Of a DNA stretch of 49,371 nucleotides, positions 12,531 to 23,752 are shown in pieces. The DNA comes from Bacteroidales bacterium (GTDB lineage: Bacteria > Bacteroidota > Bacteroidia > Bacteroidales > UBA1715): the NCBI GenBank assembly GCA_046482735.1, contig JAWOEL010000060.1:1-49371 (forward strand), read 5' to 3'. The notes beneath the pieces are model-generated. The model had not been told where the DNA came from, ran no database searches, and was given only the letters and a program-made list of their open reading frames with translations. The position numbers were made by a program, and so were the translations under genes. The stretch's first letter is position 1. Each line of letters begins with the position of its first letter.

Positions 12531-12893
12531 ATGGCTATCACAAAATTTAATCGAAGACTACGTATTAAACAGAGAGTTCGTAAAGTAATTGAAGGTACTG
12601 ATGAACGTCCTAGAATGTCTGTTTATAGAAGTAATAAAGATATATATGTTCAGTTAATTGATGATTCTAATGGTAATACGTTATTATCTGTTTGTTCGAA
12701 TAGTAAAGATTTAGAATCTCAATGTAAAGGAAAATCAAAAATTGAACAAGCTGCTATTGTTGGAGAGGCTATAGCAAAAGAATCTGTAGAAAAAGGTATC
12801 AAAAATGTTGTTTTTGATAGAAATGGATATTTGTATCACGGTAGAGTAAAATCATTAGCAGAATCAGCTCGTAAGGGTGGCTTAAATTTTTAA
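12531..12893 (+). CDS. rplR: 50S ribosomal protein L18
   Basis: [13 protein letters not shown]. Confidence 0.99.
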   Translation: MAITKFNRRLRIKQRVRKVIEGTDERPRMSVYRSNKDIYVQLIDDSNGNTLLSVCSNSKDLESQCKGKSKIEQAAIVGEAIAKESVEKGIKNVVFDRNGYLYHGRVKSLAESARKGGLNF

Positions 12894-12902
12894 AATAATA
12901 TT

Positions 12903-13424
12903 ATGGCAGAGAATAGTAATATACGAAAAATTAAAACGACAGATTTAGAATTAAAAGATCGTCTTGTAGCAATAAATCGTGTAACTAAAGTTACAAAAGG
13001 TGGTAGAACGTTCCGATTTTCTGCTATTGTTGTAGTAGGTGATGAAAATGGTATTGTAGGATATGGTCTTGGGAAAGCTGGTGAGGTTACTACAGCTATT
13101 GCTAAAGGTGTTGAAGAAGCTAAGAAAAACTTAATTAAAGTTCCGGTTTTACATGGAACTGTACCTCATTCAATAGAAGTAAAATATAGTGGTGCACAAG
13201 TATTTGTGAAACCTGCATCACATGGTACCGGTGTTAAAGCCGGAGGTGCAATGAGAGCTGTGTTAGAAAGTGCTGGTGTAACCGATGTGCTTGCTAAATC
13301 TAAAGGTTCTTCTAACCCTCATAATGTTGTGAAAGCTACTTTTAAAGCATTATTAGAAATGAGAGATGCTCTTGTTGTTTCGCAACAAAGAGGTGTTAAA
13401 TTATCAAAAATATATAACGGGTAG
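12903..13424 (+). CDS. rpsE: 30S ribosomal protein S5
   Basis: [18 protein letters not shown]. Confidence 0.99.
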   Translation: MAENSNIRKIKTTDLELKDRLVAINRVTKVTKGGRTFRFSAIVVVGDENGIVGYGLGKAGEVTTAIAKGVEEAKKNLIKVPVLHGTVPHSIEVKYSGAQVFVKPASHGTGVKAGGAMRAVLESAGVTDVLAKSKGSSNPHNVVKATFKALLEMRDALVVSQQRGVKLSKIYNG

Positions 13425-13449
13425 TAAGTAATATAAAAAACAAATTACG

Positions 13450-13632
13450 ATGTCAAAAGTTCGTGTAAAATTAGTTAGAAGCAAAATCGGAAGGACTAAA
13501 AAGCAAAAGTTAACACTTGAGGCTTTGGGTTTAAAACGAATTGGTTCTATTGTAGAGCATAACCCTACAGGTTCAATTAATGGAATGATTGAAAATGTTA
13601 AACATTTAGTGGAAACAGAAGAAATTAAATAA
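13450..13632 (+). CDS. rpmD: 50S ribosomal protein L30
   Basis: TLEALGLKRI; position. Confidence 0.98.
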   Translation: MSKVRVKLVRSKIGRTKKQKLTLEALGLKRIGSIVEHNPTGSINGMIENVKHLVETEEIK

Positions 13633-13636
13633 AAGC

Positions 13637-14083
13637 ATGGAATTACATACTTTAAAACCTTCAAAAGGTTCATCAAAAACAAAAAAAGTTATAGGTCGTG
13701 GTCAAGGTACCGGACGTGGCGGAACTAGTACACGTGGGCACAAAGGAGCAAAATCTCGTAGTGGATATTCTCGTAAAAGTGGTTTTGAGGGTGGACAAAT
13801 GCCATTGCAAAGACGTGTTCCTAAATATGGATTCAAAAATATTAATAGGGTTGACTATAAAGCTATAAATCTTAGTGATTTACAGTCAATCGCTGATAAT
13901 AAAAAAATAACCGAGTTTACACCGGATGTTTTTATTGATAATGGGTTCGCTCATAAAAATACTCGAATTAAAATTTTAGCTAAAGGTGAATTAAACTCAA
14001 AAGTGTCTGTACAAGCACATGCGTTTTCTCAAAAAGCTATAGAAATTATATCTGCTAAAGGTGGTAAAGCAGAAAAAATTTAA
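13637..14083 (+). CDS. rplO: 50S ribosomal protein L15
   Basis: GFEGGQMPLQRRVPK. Confidence 0.99.
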   Translation: MELHTLKPSKGSSKTKKVIGRGQGTGRGGTSTRGHKGAKSRSGYSRKSGFEGGQMPLQRRVPKYGFKNINRVDYKAINLSDLQSIADNKKITEFTPDVFIDNGFAHKNTRIKILAKGELNSKVSVQAHAFSQKAIEIISAKGGKAEKI

Positions 14084-14088
14084 AGTCT

Positions 14089-15435
14089 ATGAAATTTATT
14101 GAAACCCTTAAAAATATTTATAAAATAGAAGATTTACGTAATCGTATATTATATACGCTTCTATTGATTTTAATATATCGTTTAGGTTCTTTTGTGGTTT
14201 TACCAGGAATTGATCCTAATGGTATATCTGAATTATCAAAACAAACAGATAGTGGTTTGTTAGGTCTTATTAATATGTTTTCAGGGGGGGCTTTTGGTAA
14301 TGCATCGGTGTTTGCTTTGGGAATTATGCCGTACATTTCTGCTTCTATTGTTATTCAGTTAATGGGAGTGGCTATTCCTTATTTTCAAAGATTACAAAAA
14401 GAAGGAGAAAGTGGTAGAAAGAAAATAACCCAAATCACTCGGTATTTAACTATTTTTATTACAGCGGCTCAGGCTCCTGGGTATATAGCTAATTTAAAAC
14501 ATCAAATACCTAATGCTATTATTAATGATACCGGTTTTTTCTGGTTTTCTTCTATTTTAATCTTAATAGCGGGTACCATGTTTGTAATGTGGCTCGGTGA
14601 AAGAATTACTGATAGAGGTATTGGAAATGGTATATCATTAATTATTATGATAGGTATTATTGCTCGGTTTCCTGCCTCGTTGGCACAGGAGTTCGGGTTT
14701 AGATTAGAATCTGGTGGTATTATTATGTTTTTAGTTGAGCTTTTATTATTGTTAGGAATTATAACCTTATCAATATTATTAGTCCAAGGAACTCGTCGTA
14801 TTCCTGTACAATATGCAAAACGTGTTGTGGGGAATAAGCAATATGGTGGGGTAAGACAATATTTGCCACTAAAGGTTAATGCTGCAGGTGTTATGCCTAT
14901 TATATTTGCACAAGCGTTAATGTTTATTCCAATTACGTTTGCTGGGTTTACTAGTTCTGATGAAGTTTCACCATTTGTATCAGCATTTTCTGATTATACT
15001 GGTTTTTGGTATAATTTTGTGTATGCTGTTATGATTATTCTATTTACATATTTTTATACGGCAATAACGATGAACCCTCAGCAAATTGCTGAAGAGTTAA
15101 AACGTAACGGTGGATTTATTCCTGGAGTAAAACCTGGTAAAAAAACAGCCGATTTTATAGATAATGTCATATCGCGTATTACTTTACCGGGATCTATGTT
15201 TTTAGCTTTTGTTGCAATTTTACCCGCAATAGCAATATTACTTGATGTAAGTGCTGGTTTTGCACAGTTTTATGGTGGAACGTCTTTATTAATAATTGTA
15301 GGTGTTGTTTTAGATACCTTGCAGCAGATAGAAAGTCATTTATTAAATCGACATTATGATGGTTTAATGAAGTCTGGCAGAATTAAAGGAAGAACTTCAA
15401 ATAGTGCTATTCAAACTGGTGGAAGTACAATCTAA
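14089..15435 (+). CDS. secY: Preprotein translocase SecY
   Basis: [32 protein letters not shown]. Confidence 0.99.
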   Translation: MKFIETLKNIYKIEDLRNRILYTLLLILIYRLGSFVVLPGIDPNGISELSKQTDSGLLGLINMFSGGAFGNASVFALGIMPYISASIVIQLMGVAIPYFQRLQKEGESGRKKITQITRYLTIFITAAQAPGYIANLKHQIPNAIINDTGFFWFSSILILIAGTMFVMWLGERITDRGIGNGISLIIMIGIIARFPASLAQEFGFRLESGGIIMFLVELLLLLGIITLSILLVQGTRRIPVQYAKRVVGNKQYGGVRQYLPLKVNAAGVMPIIFAQALMFIPITFAGFTSSDEVSPFVSAFSDYTGFWYNFVYAVMIILFTYFYTAITMNPQQIAEELKRNGGFIPGVKPGKKTADFIDNVISRITLPGSMFLAFVAILPAIAILLDVSAGFAQFYGGTSLLIIVGVVLDTLQQIESHLLNRHYDGLMKSGRIKGRTSNSAIQTGGSTI

Positions 15436-15449
15436 ATTTAAAAAATTAT

Positions 15450-15668
15450 ATGGCTAAACAACATTCAATAGAACAAGATGGAACTATAGTAGAAGCATTA
15501 TCTAATGCAATGTTTCGAGTTGAATTAAATAATGGACATATTATTACAGCCCATATCTCGGGTAAAATGAGAATGCATTATATTAAAATATTACCTGGAG
15601 ATAAAGTTAAGGTTGAGATGTCTATGTATGATTTAAGTAAAGGTAGAATAACATTCCGATATAAATAA
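15450..15668 (+). CDS. infA: Translation initiation factor IF-1
   Basis: [18 protein letters not shown]. Confidence 0.99.
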   Translation: MAKQHSIEQDGTIVEALSNAMFRVELNNGHIITAHISGKMRMHYIKILPGDKVKVEMSMYDLSKGRITFRYK

Positions 15669-15681
15669 AAAAATAGTAACA

Positions 15682-15798
15682 ATGAAAGTAAGAGCGTCAG
15701 TAAAAAAAAGAAGTAGCGACTGTAAAATTGTTCGCCGAAAAGGAAGAATTTATGTTATCAACAAAAAAAATCCAAAATTTAAACAAAGACAAGGATAA
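15682..15798 (+). CDS. rpmJ: 50S ribosomal protein L36, zinc-independent form (absent from ORF track)
   Basis: Hand translation: [38 protein letters not shown]. Confidence 0.98.
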   Translation: MKVRASVKKRSSDCKIVRRKGRIYVINKKNPKFKQRQG

Positions 15799-15835
15799 TT
15801 TTTATAATTTTGCAGCAATTTTTAAATAAGTAATT

Positions 15836-16213
15836 ATGGCAAGAATATCAGGTATTGATTTACCAAAAAATAAAAGAGGTGAAATTGCATTAACCTATAT
15901 ATATGGTGTTGGCAAAACAACAGCTCAAAAAATACTACGTGGAGCTAATGTTGATGAAAATATTAAGGTTAAAGACTGGAATGATGAGCAAATAACTGCT
16001 ATACGGAGTATAATAACCGAAAAGATTAAGGTTGAAGGTGAATTACGGTCTGAAGTTCAAATGAATATTAAAAGATTGATGGACATTGGTTGTTATAGAG
16101 GTATTCGCCATAGAGTTGGATTACCGCTTAATGGTCAATCAACCAAAAATAATTCTCGAACGAGAAAAGGAAAGAAAAAGACAATTGCTAATAAGAAAAA
16201 AGCTACAAAATAA
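15836..16213 (+). CDS. rpsM: 30S ribosomal protein S13
   Basis: [18 protein letters not shown]. Confidence 0.99.
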   Translation: MARISGIDLPKNKRGEIALTYIYGVGKTTAQKILRGANVDENIKVKDWNDEQITAIRSIITEKIKVEGELRSEVQMNIKRLMDIGCYRGIRHRVGLPLNGQSTKNNSRTRKGKKKTIANKKKATK

Positions 16214-16227
16214 TATAATATATAATT

Positions 16228-16614
16228 ATGGCTAAAAAATCTAAGTCAGTAAAAAAAATAGTTAAAGTTGAGGCTGTGGGTCAAGTACATATACATGCTT
16301 CTTTTAATAATATAATTATAACTATTACAAATTCAGATGGTCAAGTAATATCTTGGGCGTCATCTGGAAAAAAAGGGTTTCGTGGTTCTAAGAAAAACAC
16401 ACCGTATGCTGCTCAATTAGCTGCTACTGATTGTGCTAAAGAGGCATATGATTTAGGACTTCGAAAAGTGAAAGTGTATGTAAAAGGGCCTGGAACCGGA
16501 AGAGAATCTGCAATTAGAACAATTCATAATTCTGGTATTGAAGTTTCAGAAATCGTTGACGTTACTCCATTACCACATAATGGATGTCGACCACCAAAAA
16601 GAAGAAGAGTTTAA
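16228..16614 (+). CDS. rpsK: 30S ribosomal protein S11
   Basis: [24 protein letters not shown]. Confidence 0.99.
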   Translation: MAKKSKSVKKIVKVEAVGQVHIHASFNNIIITITNSDGQVISWASSGKKGFRGSKKNTPYAAQLAATDCAKEAYDLGLRKVKVYVKGPGTGRESAIRTIHNSGIEVSEIVDVTPLPHNGCRPPKRRRV

Positions 16615-16634
16615 TAATTTTATAGTTAGAATAG

Positions 16635-17243
16635 ATGGCAAGATATACAGGACCAACTACAAAAATCGCAAGAAAATTCGGTGATGCAATATATGGACCG
16701 GATAAAGTTTTACAGAAAAAGAATTACGCTCCAGGTCAGCATGGACCAAATAAGCGTAGAGGTAAAAAATCTGTTTTCGGTACGCAGTTAATAGAAAAGC
16801 AAAAAGCTAAATATACATACGGTGTACTTGAAAAACAATTTTCTAATTTGTTCAAAGAAGCAAATAGAATGCCTGGTATTACTGGTGAGATATTACTTCA
16901 AATGCTTGAACAAAGACTCGATAATGTAGTGTTTCGTATGGGAATTGCTCCTACTCGAAAAGCTGCTCGTCAGTTAGTAACTCATCGTCATATAACGGTT
17001 AATAACATGGTTACTAATGTGCCTTCATGTGTTATAAAACCAGGTGATGTTATTGGTGTAAGGGAAAAATCAAAATCTTTAGAATCAATTTCTGATTCTT
17101 TAAGTGCTAATGCAGTCAATAAATATTCTTGGTTGGAGTTCGATAAAAATCAGATGACAGGTAAGTTTATTTCTTTACCTGAACGTTCAGAAATACCTGA
17201 AAATATTAAAGAGCAATTAATAGTAGAACTTTATTCTAAATAG
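16635..17243 (+). CDS. rpsD: 30S ribosomal protein S4
   Basis: [24 protein letters not shown]. Confidence 0.99.
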   Translation: MARYTGPTTKIARKFGDAIYGPDKVLQKKNYAPGQHGPNKRRGKKSVFGTQLIEKQKAKYTYGVLEKQFSNLFKEANRMPGITGEILLQMLEQRLDNVVFRMGIAPTRKAARQLVTHRHITVNNMVTNVPSCVIKPGDVIGVREKSKSLESISDSLSANAVNKYSWLEFDKNQMTGKFISLPERSEIPENIKEQLIVELYSK

Positions 17244-17268
17244 TAATAAATAAGTAAGACTTTTGTCT

Positions 17269-18264
17269 ATGGCAATATTAGCATTTCAAAAACCCGATAA
17301 AGTTATAATGCTTGAATCGGATGAAAATTTAGGGAGTTTCGAGTTTCGACCTTTGGAACCTGGATATGGTATAACTGTTGGAAACGCAATTAGAAGAGTA
17401 TTACTATCTTCTTTAGAAGGATATGCGGTAACTAATATTAAAATTGATGGTGTCGATCATGAATTTAGTACAATTAAAGGTGTTGTTGAAGATGTAACTG
17501 AATTAATTTTAAATATTAAACAAATTCGTTTTAAACGAGTAAGTTCTGAACCTGTTCAATCTGAAAAGGTTACTGTTACTGTTTCTGGTAAAGATACCTT
17601 TACCGCTGGTGAGTTGAATTCTCAATTGAGTGACTTTCAAGTCCTGAATTCTGATTTAGTATTGTGTAACATGACTAGTTCAGTCAAATTAACAATTGAT
17701 TTCTGGATTGCTAAAGGACGTGGATATGTTGTCTCTGATGATAATAAGATGTTAGATGCTGAATTTGGAGTTATTCCTGTTGATTCTATTTTTACCCCTG
17801 TTAAAAATGTAAAGTATTATATTGAAAATTATAGGGTTGAACAAAAAACGGATTTCGAAAAGTTAATTTTAGAAATTAAAACTGATGGTTCTATTCATCC
17901 AAAAGATTCGTTAAAAGAGGCTGCGAAAATTTTAATTCAGCATTTTATGTTATTTTCTGATGAGAAAATAACGCTTGATTCTGATGATAAATTTGGTAAT
18001 GAAGAGTTTGATGAAGAGGTTCTTCATATGAGACAATTACTTAAATCGAAACTTGTAGATATGGATTTATCTGTGAGAGCATTAAATTGTTTGAAAGCTG
18101 CAGATGTCGAAACTCTTGGAGAACTTGTACAATTTAACAAAAATGATTTATTGAAATTTAGAAATTTCGGTAAAAAATCTTTAACAGAGTTAGATGAGCT
18201 TCTTGCTGCTCTTAATCTTACTTTTGGAATGGATATCAGTAAATATAAATTAGATAAAGAATAA
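17269..18264 (+). CDS. rpoA: RNA polymerase alpha subunit
   Basis: [37 protein letters not shown]. Confidence 0.99.
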   Translation: MAILAFQKPDKVIMLESDENLGSFEFRPLEPGYGITVGNAIRRVLLSSLEGYAVTNIKIDGVDHEFSTIKGVVEDVTELILNIKQIRFKRVSSEPVQSEKVTVTVSGKDTFTAGELNSQLSDFQVLNSDLVLCNMTSSVKLTIDFWIAKGRGYVVSDDNKMLDAEFGVIPVDSIFTPVKNVKYYIENYRVEQKTDFEKLILEIKTDGSIHPKDSLKEAAKILIQHFMLFSDEKITLDSDDKFGNEEFDEEVLHMRQLLKSKLVDMDLSVRALNCLKAADVETLGELVQFNKNDLLKFRNFGKKSLTELDELLAALNLTFGMDISKYKLDKE

Positions 18265-18275
18265 TTTGATATACA

Positions 18276-18875
18276 ATGAGACACGGGAAAAAATTTAATC
18301 ATTTAGGTAGAACTCATGAGCATAGAAAAGCTATGCTTTCAAATATGGCTACGTCTCTTATTATGAATAAGAGAATTAAAACAACAGTTGCTAAGGCTAA
18401 AGCTTTACAAAAATATATTGATCCGTTACTTACACGATCTAAAAATGATACAACTCAATCACGTCGTATTGTGTTTAGTTATTTACAAGATAAATATGCT
18501 GTAACGGAATTATTTCGTGAAGTTTCAACTAAAATTTCTGATCGACCGGGTGGCTATACTCGTATAATTAAAACTGGTCAGCGTTTAGGTGATGCTGCAG
18601 AAATGTGTTATATTGAGCTGGTTGATTATAATGAGAATTTATTATCTACTAAAAAAGCTTCTGGAACTGGTAAAAAATCTGTTCGTAGAGGTCGGAAAAG
18701 ATCTTCATCTTCTGCTAAAGCTACTGTTGATAATGCGTCTCAGGAGAATCAAAATCAGGCTCAGGAGTCTGCTACTTCGCAAGATGCGAAAGAGGTTGAT
18801 AGTGGAAATGTAAATGAAAAGCCTTCTGATGAGGCCTCAAATTCTACTGAAAATAAAAAGAATAATGATGTATAA
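18276..18875 (+). CDS. rplQ: 50S ribosomal protein L17 with low-complexity C-terminal extension
   Basis: [22 protein letters not shown]. Confidence 0.99.
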   Translation: MRHGKKFNHLGRTHEHRKAMLSNMATSLIMNKRIKTTVAKAKALQKYIDPLLTRSKNDTTQSRRIVFSYLQDKYAVTELFREVSTKISDRPGGYTRIIKTGQRLGDAAEMCYIELVDYNENLLSTKKASGTGKKSVRRGRKRSSSSAKATVDNASQENQNQAQESATSQDAKEVDSGNVNEKPSDEASNSTENKKNNDV

Positions 18876-18916
18876 TAGGTATAAGGTCATTGTTTATTGT
18901 GAATAATTTTTTTGTA

Positions 18917-18952
18917 AATAAGGATAAGGTTTTTTAACTTTATCCTTTTTTT
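18917..18952 (+). terminator. Terminator after rplQ
   Basis: aaggataaggtt-tttt-aactttatcctt followed by T run. Confidence 0.7.
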
Positions 18953-18984
18953 ATGATATATTAGTATAGTATTTAATTAATTAA

Positions 18985-20283
<1,299 letters not shown>

Positions 20284-20301
20284 ATTGGTTATATATCTTA
20301 G

Positions 20302-20336
20302 AAAAAAAACATCTGACATATCAGATGTTTTTTTTT
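20302..20336. terminator. Terminator after eno
   Basis: aaaaaaaacatctga-cata-tcagatgttttttttt perfect hairpin. Confidence 0.85.
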
Positions 20337-20344
20337 GTGATTTA

Positions 20345-20376
20345 TTTGAATTATGAGCATATGTTCATTATATTTG
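20345..20376 (+). promoter_or_regulatory. sigma-A promoter of DUF134 cluster with palindromic operator in the spacer
   Basis: TTTG (20345-48), 20 nt spacer containing ATGAGCATATGTTCAT, TAtaTTTG (20369-76). Confidence 0.7.
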
Positions 20377-20393
20377 TATAATAAAATTTGATT

Positions 20394-20921
20394 ATGGTAC
20401 GACCCAAAAGAAATAGACGTATAAGTTTAGCTCCAAAAATTAAAGGAATACAACCTGTAGATGCATCTACAGATAAAGTTATGAGTCTCGATTTAGAGGA
20501 ATATGAGTCAATTCGCTTATGTGATTATGAATTAATGAATCAGGTAGATGCTGCTCGTGTGATGAATGTATCTCGACCGACGTTTTCGAGAATATATGAA
20601 AGTGCGAGACGAAAAGTTGCAAAGTCTTTTGTTGAAGGGGCTATTCTTAAATTTGAAGGTGGTAAGGTGTATTTTGATAGTTCATGGTTTTTTTGCGATG
20701 ATTGCGGGGTTTGGTTTAATAGCTTTGATGATAATATTCATACTATATCGTGTCCACTTTGTTATTCAAGTCATGTTGAACAATATACTGATAAGGTTGA
20801 AAATGAAGTTGAGAGCGTTGCGTCTTGTCCTTCATGTCGAAAACGAAAACGTATGCATACTGGAAAAAAGTGGGATTTAGTATGTCCGGATTGTAATGAA
20901 TTATTAACTGTTAATAAATAA
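20394..20921 (+). CDS. DUF134/UPF0251 HTH DNA-binding protein with C-terminal Cys-rich zinc-ribbon-like region
   Basis: MVRPKR..., EEYESIRLCDYE..Q.DAA..MNVSRPTFSRI..SARRKVA; CDDC, CPLC, CPSC, CPDC. Confidence 0.9.
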   Translation: MVRPKRNRRISLAPKIKGIQPVDASTDKVMSLDLEEYESIRLCDYELMNQVDAARVMNVSRPTFSRIYESARRKVAKSFVEGAILKFEGGKVYFDSSWFFCDDCGVWFNSFDDNIHTISCPLCYSSHVEQYTDKVENEVESVASCPSCRKRKRMHTGKKWDLVCPDCNELLTVNK

Positions 20922-20932
20922 AATTAAGATAT

Positions 20933-21250
20933 ATGAAAATAGCTATAGCTTCAACTGGTAAAACAGTGGATTCGAAAATAGATGCACGGTTTGGTCGGTG
21001 TTCTTATTTTGCATTTTATGATGAAGAATCAAAAGATGTTGAGTTTCTGGAAAATGAACAAAAAAATTCATTGCAAGGTGCTGGTCCGGCTACTGTTCAG
21101 TTTGTTGCATCTCAGAATGCCGATAAAATCGTGTCGGGTGAGTTTGGACAGAAGGTTAAAACGATTTGTGATCAATTACAAATACAGTTGATTATTGTAG
21201 CAGACTCAAATAAAACTGTGCAGGATATAATTAATTCGCATAATAAATAA
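20933..21250 (+). CDS. NifB/NifX (IssA/ORP-like) Mo-Fe cluster-binding domain protein
   Basis: MKIAIAS, DARFGRCSYF, GAG, GEFG. Confidence 0.9.
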   Translation: MKIAIASTGKTVDSKIDARFGRCSYFAFYDEESKDVEFLENEQKNSLQGAGPATVQFVASQNADKIVSGEFGQKVKTICDQLQIQLIIVADSNKTVQDIINSHNK

Positions 21251-21390
21251 ATGAGATTTTATAAATCAATCATGATTTACGAAGTGTAGTGTATGTGGTA
21301 ATTATGAGTGAAGATTTTGATGCTATCGTGTTGTGCGTAAATAGTTGAAAATTGTGATAAGTTGTAGATGAGAATTTTAAAAATAATTAT

Positions 21391-21762
21391 ATGAATAAAG
21401 AAATTATACATGCTTGGAGTAATAAAGAGGATGCTGTCGTCCTTACAACAGTTAATACAAATTGTATTCCTAATTCAATATATGTAACATGTGTTTCATT
21501 GTATAATTCGACGAGTATTGTGATTGCAGACAATTATTTTGAAAAAACGAGGAATAATATAAAATCTGGTTCATGTGCAAGTATATTGTTTATTACTAAA
21601 GATGGTGGGTCATATCAGATAAAAGGATCAATAAAGTATCATACAGATGGTGAAGTATTTGATTTTATGAAATCATGGAATCCTTCAAAACATCCTGGAG
21701 TTGGTGCTGTTGAAATTATTCCTGAAGAAATATATTCAGGTGCTCAAAAGTTGAATATTTAA
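21391..21762 (+). CDS. Pyridoxamine 5'-phosphate oxidase-like FMN-binding protein
   Basis: IADNYFEKTRNNI, SYQIKG, EEIYSG. Confidence 0.8.
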   Translation: MNKEIIHAWSNKEDAVVLTTVNTNCIPNSIYVTCVSLYNSTSIVIADNYFEKTRNNIKSGSCASILFITKDGGSYQIKGSIKYHTDGEVFDFMKSWNPSKHPGVGAVEIIPEEIYSGAQKLNI

Positions 21763-21772
21763 TATATTAATT

Positions 21773-21949
21773 ATGCCAAATTTAGATGGATTAGGACCGG
21801 AAAAAAAAGGGTCACAAACTGGTAGAGGTTTAGGAAGATGCAACGATGCATCAAAAAATAAAAGTGAATTGGGAAAAGGACAGGGTAAGCGTCGCAAATC
21901 CGGTGGCGGTGAAGGTGAGGGGAGACGATTACAGAGTGGTTTACAATAA
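21773..21949 (+). CDS. DUF5320-like small Gly/Arg-rich protein (58 aa, absent from ORF track)
   Basis: Hand translation: MPNLDGLGPEKKGSQTGRGLGRCNDASKNKSELGKGQGKRRKSGGGEGEGRRLQSGLQ*. Confidence 0.85.
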   Translation: MPNLDGLGPEKKGSQTGRGLGRCNDASKNKSELGKGQGKRRKSGGGEGEGRRLQSGLQ

Positions 21950-21965
21950 AAAATAGGAGGTTATT

Positions 21966-22193
21966 ATGTCAAATTTAAACAGAAAAGGACCATTAAATGA
22001 GGGTCCTATGACAGGTAGAAAATTAGGTCGTTGCAATCCTGATAATAAAGGTAAAAGTGATGAGGAAATTTATCAGCAACAAGATAATACATATACCGGA
22101 AGAGGACAAGGTTTTGGTCGTGGATTCGGTCGTCGTGCACAATCTCGTGGTCGAGGGCGTGGTATGGGGCTTGGTCGAGGACAAAATATGTAG
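21966..22193 (+). CDS. DUF5320-like small Gly/Arg-rich protein
   Basis: GPLNEGPMTGRKLGRC motif plus GRG repeats. Confidence 0.85.
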   Translation: MSNLNRKGPLNEGPMTGRKLGRCNPDNKGKSDEEIYQQQDNTYTGRGQGFGRGFGRRAQSRGRGRGMGLGRGQNM

Positions 22194-22212
22194 ACTTGAC
22201 CGGTTTAAGACT

Positions 22213-22286
22213 GAAGGGCATGTGATGTGTTTTATCATAGTGTAATATGAAACTTGTTTTTTTGTTTTTTTGCATGCCCTTTTTTT
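22213..22286 (+). terminator. Long-loop terminator-like structure after DUF5320 pair
   Basis: aagggcatg (22214-22) pairs with catgccctt (22273-81), followed by a T run; inner tcata/tatga stem. Confidence 0.5.
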
Positions 22287-22413
22287 ATATCTATTATTCG
22301 TATATGTATGTGTATAAACGTTCATTATTGAGATAATGTTAGAAAATTATATATGCATATCAGTATTCTAGAAAAGTACGTGAACATAAATAATAATTAA
22401 TTAATATAAATGT

Positions 22414-22752
22414 ATGGAAAAAAAAATAGCAATTCCTTTAGAATCAGGTAAGGTATGTCTTCATTTTGGACATTGCGAGGTGTTTGCAATTGTTACAATA
22501 GATAATTTTAAAATAATATCGGATGAACGCATTATTCCTCCTTCTCATGAGCCTGGAGTTTATCCTAAATGGCTTGCAGAGGAAGGGGTGACAGATGTGT
22601 TAGCTTCAGGAATTGGCCAAAAAGCGGTAAGCTTATTTGATAAACAAGGTATTTGTGTTCATATAGGAGTAGAACAAAAAGAAGTAAAAGATATTGTTCA
22701 GGATTATTTGAGCAATCAGTTGCAAATGAGCGGAAATGCATGTAATCATTAA
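22414..22752 (+). CDS. Second NifB/NifX-family protein
   Basis: KIAIP, HFGHCEVF, PPSHEPG, GIGQKA, C-terminal NACNH. Confidence 0.9.
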   Translation: MEKKIAIPLESGKVCLHFGHCEVFAIVTIDNFKIISDERIIPPSHEPGVYPKWLAEEGVTDVLASGIGQKAVSLFDKQGICVHIGVEQKEVKDIVQDYLSNQLQMSGNACNH

Positions 22753-22757
22753 AGTGT

Positions 22758-23618
22758 ATGAGTAAAATAATATCTGATTATCGTTGTTTTTTTTGCTTTA
22801 CTCGTGCGTATGAACGATTACTTGAAAAAGAACCTTTAACTCAGGAGCAAAAAAGTGAATTTGTTAAAAAAATGGCACAGAAATACCAACAAGTATCTGA
22901 AGATTTTTCGGCTCCTGAATATTCACGAGATTTACGTAATATTTTTCAAACGTATTCAAATACGCAGGATTTATATGTAGAGGAAAAGAACATAAGTAAT
23001 GAGTTGGCTCTTTCATTATATCCCGAATTAAAAAAAATGGTAACGCAGTCAGATAATCCTAAGGAGACTGCATTAAGATTGGCATTGGCTGGAAATGTTA
23101 TCGATTTTGGTGTTCATGCTGAATATGATCTAGAACAGTCTATAAAAAAGGGGTTAGAAACACCATTTGCTATTGATAATTCGCCGGAGTTGTTTAATCG
23201 TATTTCTCAGGCCAAAACGATATTGTATTTGGGAGATAATTCCGGTGAGATAGTCCTTGATAAATTGTTTTTGGAAACATTGCAGCATTCTAATGTGTAT
23301 TTTGCTGTTCGTGGTGCTCCGGTATTAAATGATGTGACAATTCACGATGCAAAATATGTTGGTATTGATTCTGTGGCTCAGGTTATATCAAATGGTGGTG
23401 ATGTTCCATCAACGGTATTGTCTCTTGCAACACCTGAATTTTTAAAAGTGTTTCAGCAAGCTGATCTTATTATTTCAAAAGGGCAGGGTAATTTGGAAGG
23501 TTTATGGGGAACAGTATACGATAAAATATTCTTTTTATCTATGGTGAAATGTGATGTTGTTGCCGATGCTGTTGGTGTACCTAAAGGTAGTTTCGTGGTA
23601 ATGAAACAGGATACATAA
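22758..23618 (+). CDS. DUF89/ARMT1-like damage-control phosphatase (subfamily I type)
   Basis: N-terminal CFFC, GNVIDFG, DNSGE..D, LNDVT, SKGQGNLE, VKC. Confidence 0.88.
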   Translation: MSKIISDYRCFFCFTRAYERLLEKEPLTQEQKSEFVKKMAQKYQQVSEDFSAPEYSRDLRNIFQTYSNTQDLYVEEKNISNELALSLYPELKKMVTQSDNPKETALRLALAGNVIDFGVHAEYDLEQSIKKGLETPFAIDNSPELFNRISQAKTILYLGDNSGEIVLDKLFLETLQHSNVYFAVRGAPVLNDVTIHDAKYVGIDSVAQVISNGGDVPSTVLSLATPEFLKVFQQADLIISKGQGNLEGLWGTVYDKIFFLSMVKCDVVADAVGVPKGSFVVMKQDT

Positions 23619-23752
23619 TTTTTTTAATTTTCAATAAGCATATTTTTCTTGTTATACTTATTTGAAGTATGTGTGTTAATAATTTCACTGTATGTATGGG
23701 AAAGGAATATTGCGGGATATATGATGATGAATTAAAACTTTATTTAAAAAAT

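Noticed and set aside
18640-18875. Long low-complexity tail on L17
   Set aside because: Such extensions are common in Bacteroidota L17; not novel.
21300-21308. aattatgag as an extra operator half-site
   Set aside because: The same 9-mer occurs upstream of rpsL (1841), so it is likely background.
20933-22752. Nitrogen-fixation locus suggested by NifB/NifX domains
   Set aside because: No nifH/D/K/E/N in the window; stand-alone NifX-like domains are common in non-diazotrophic anaerobes.
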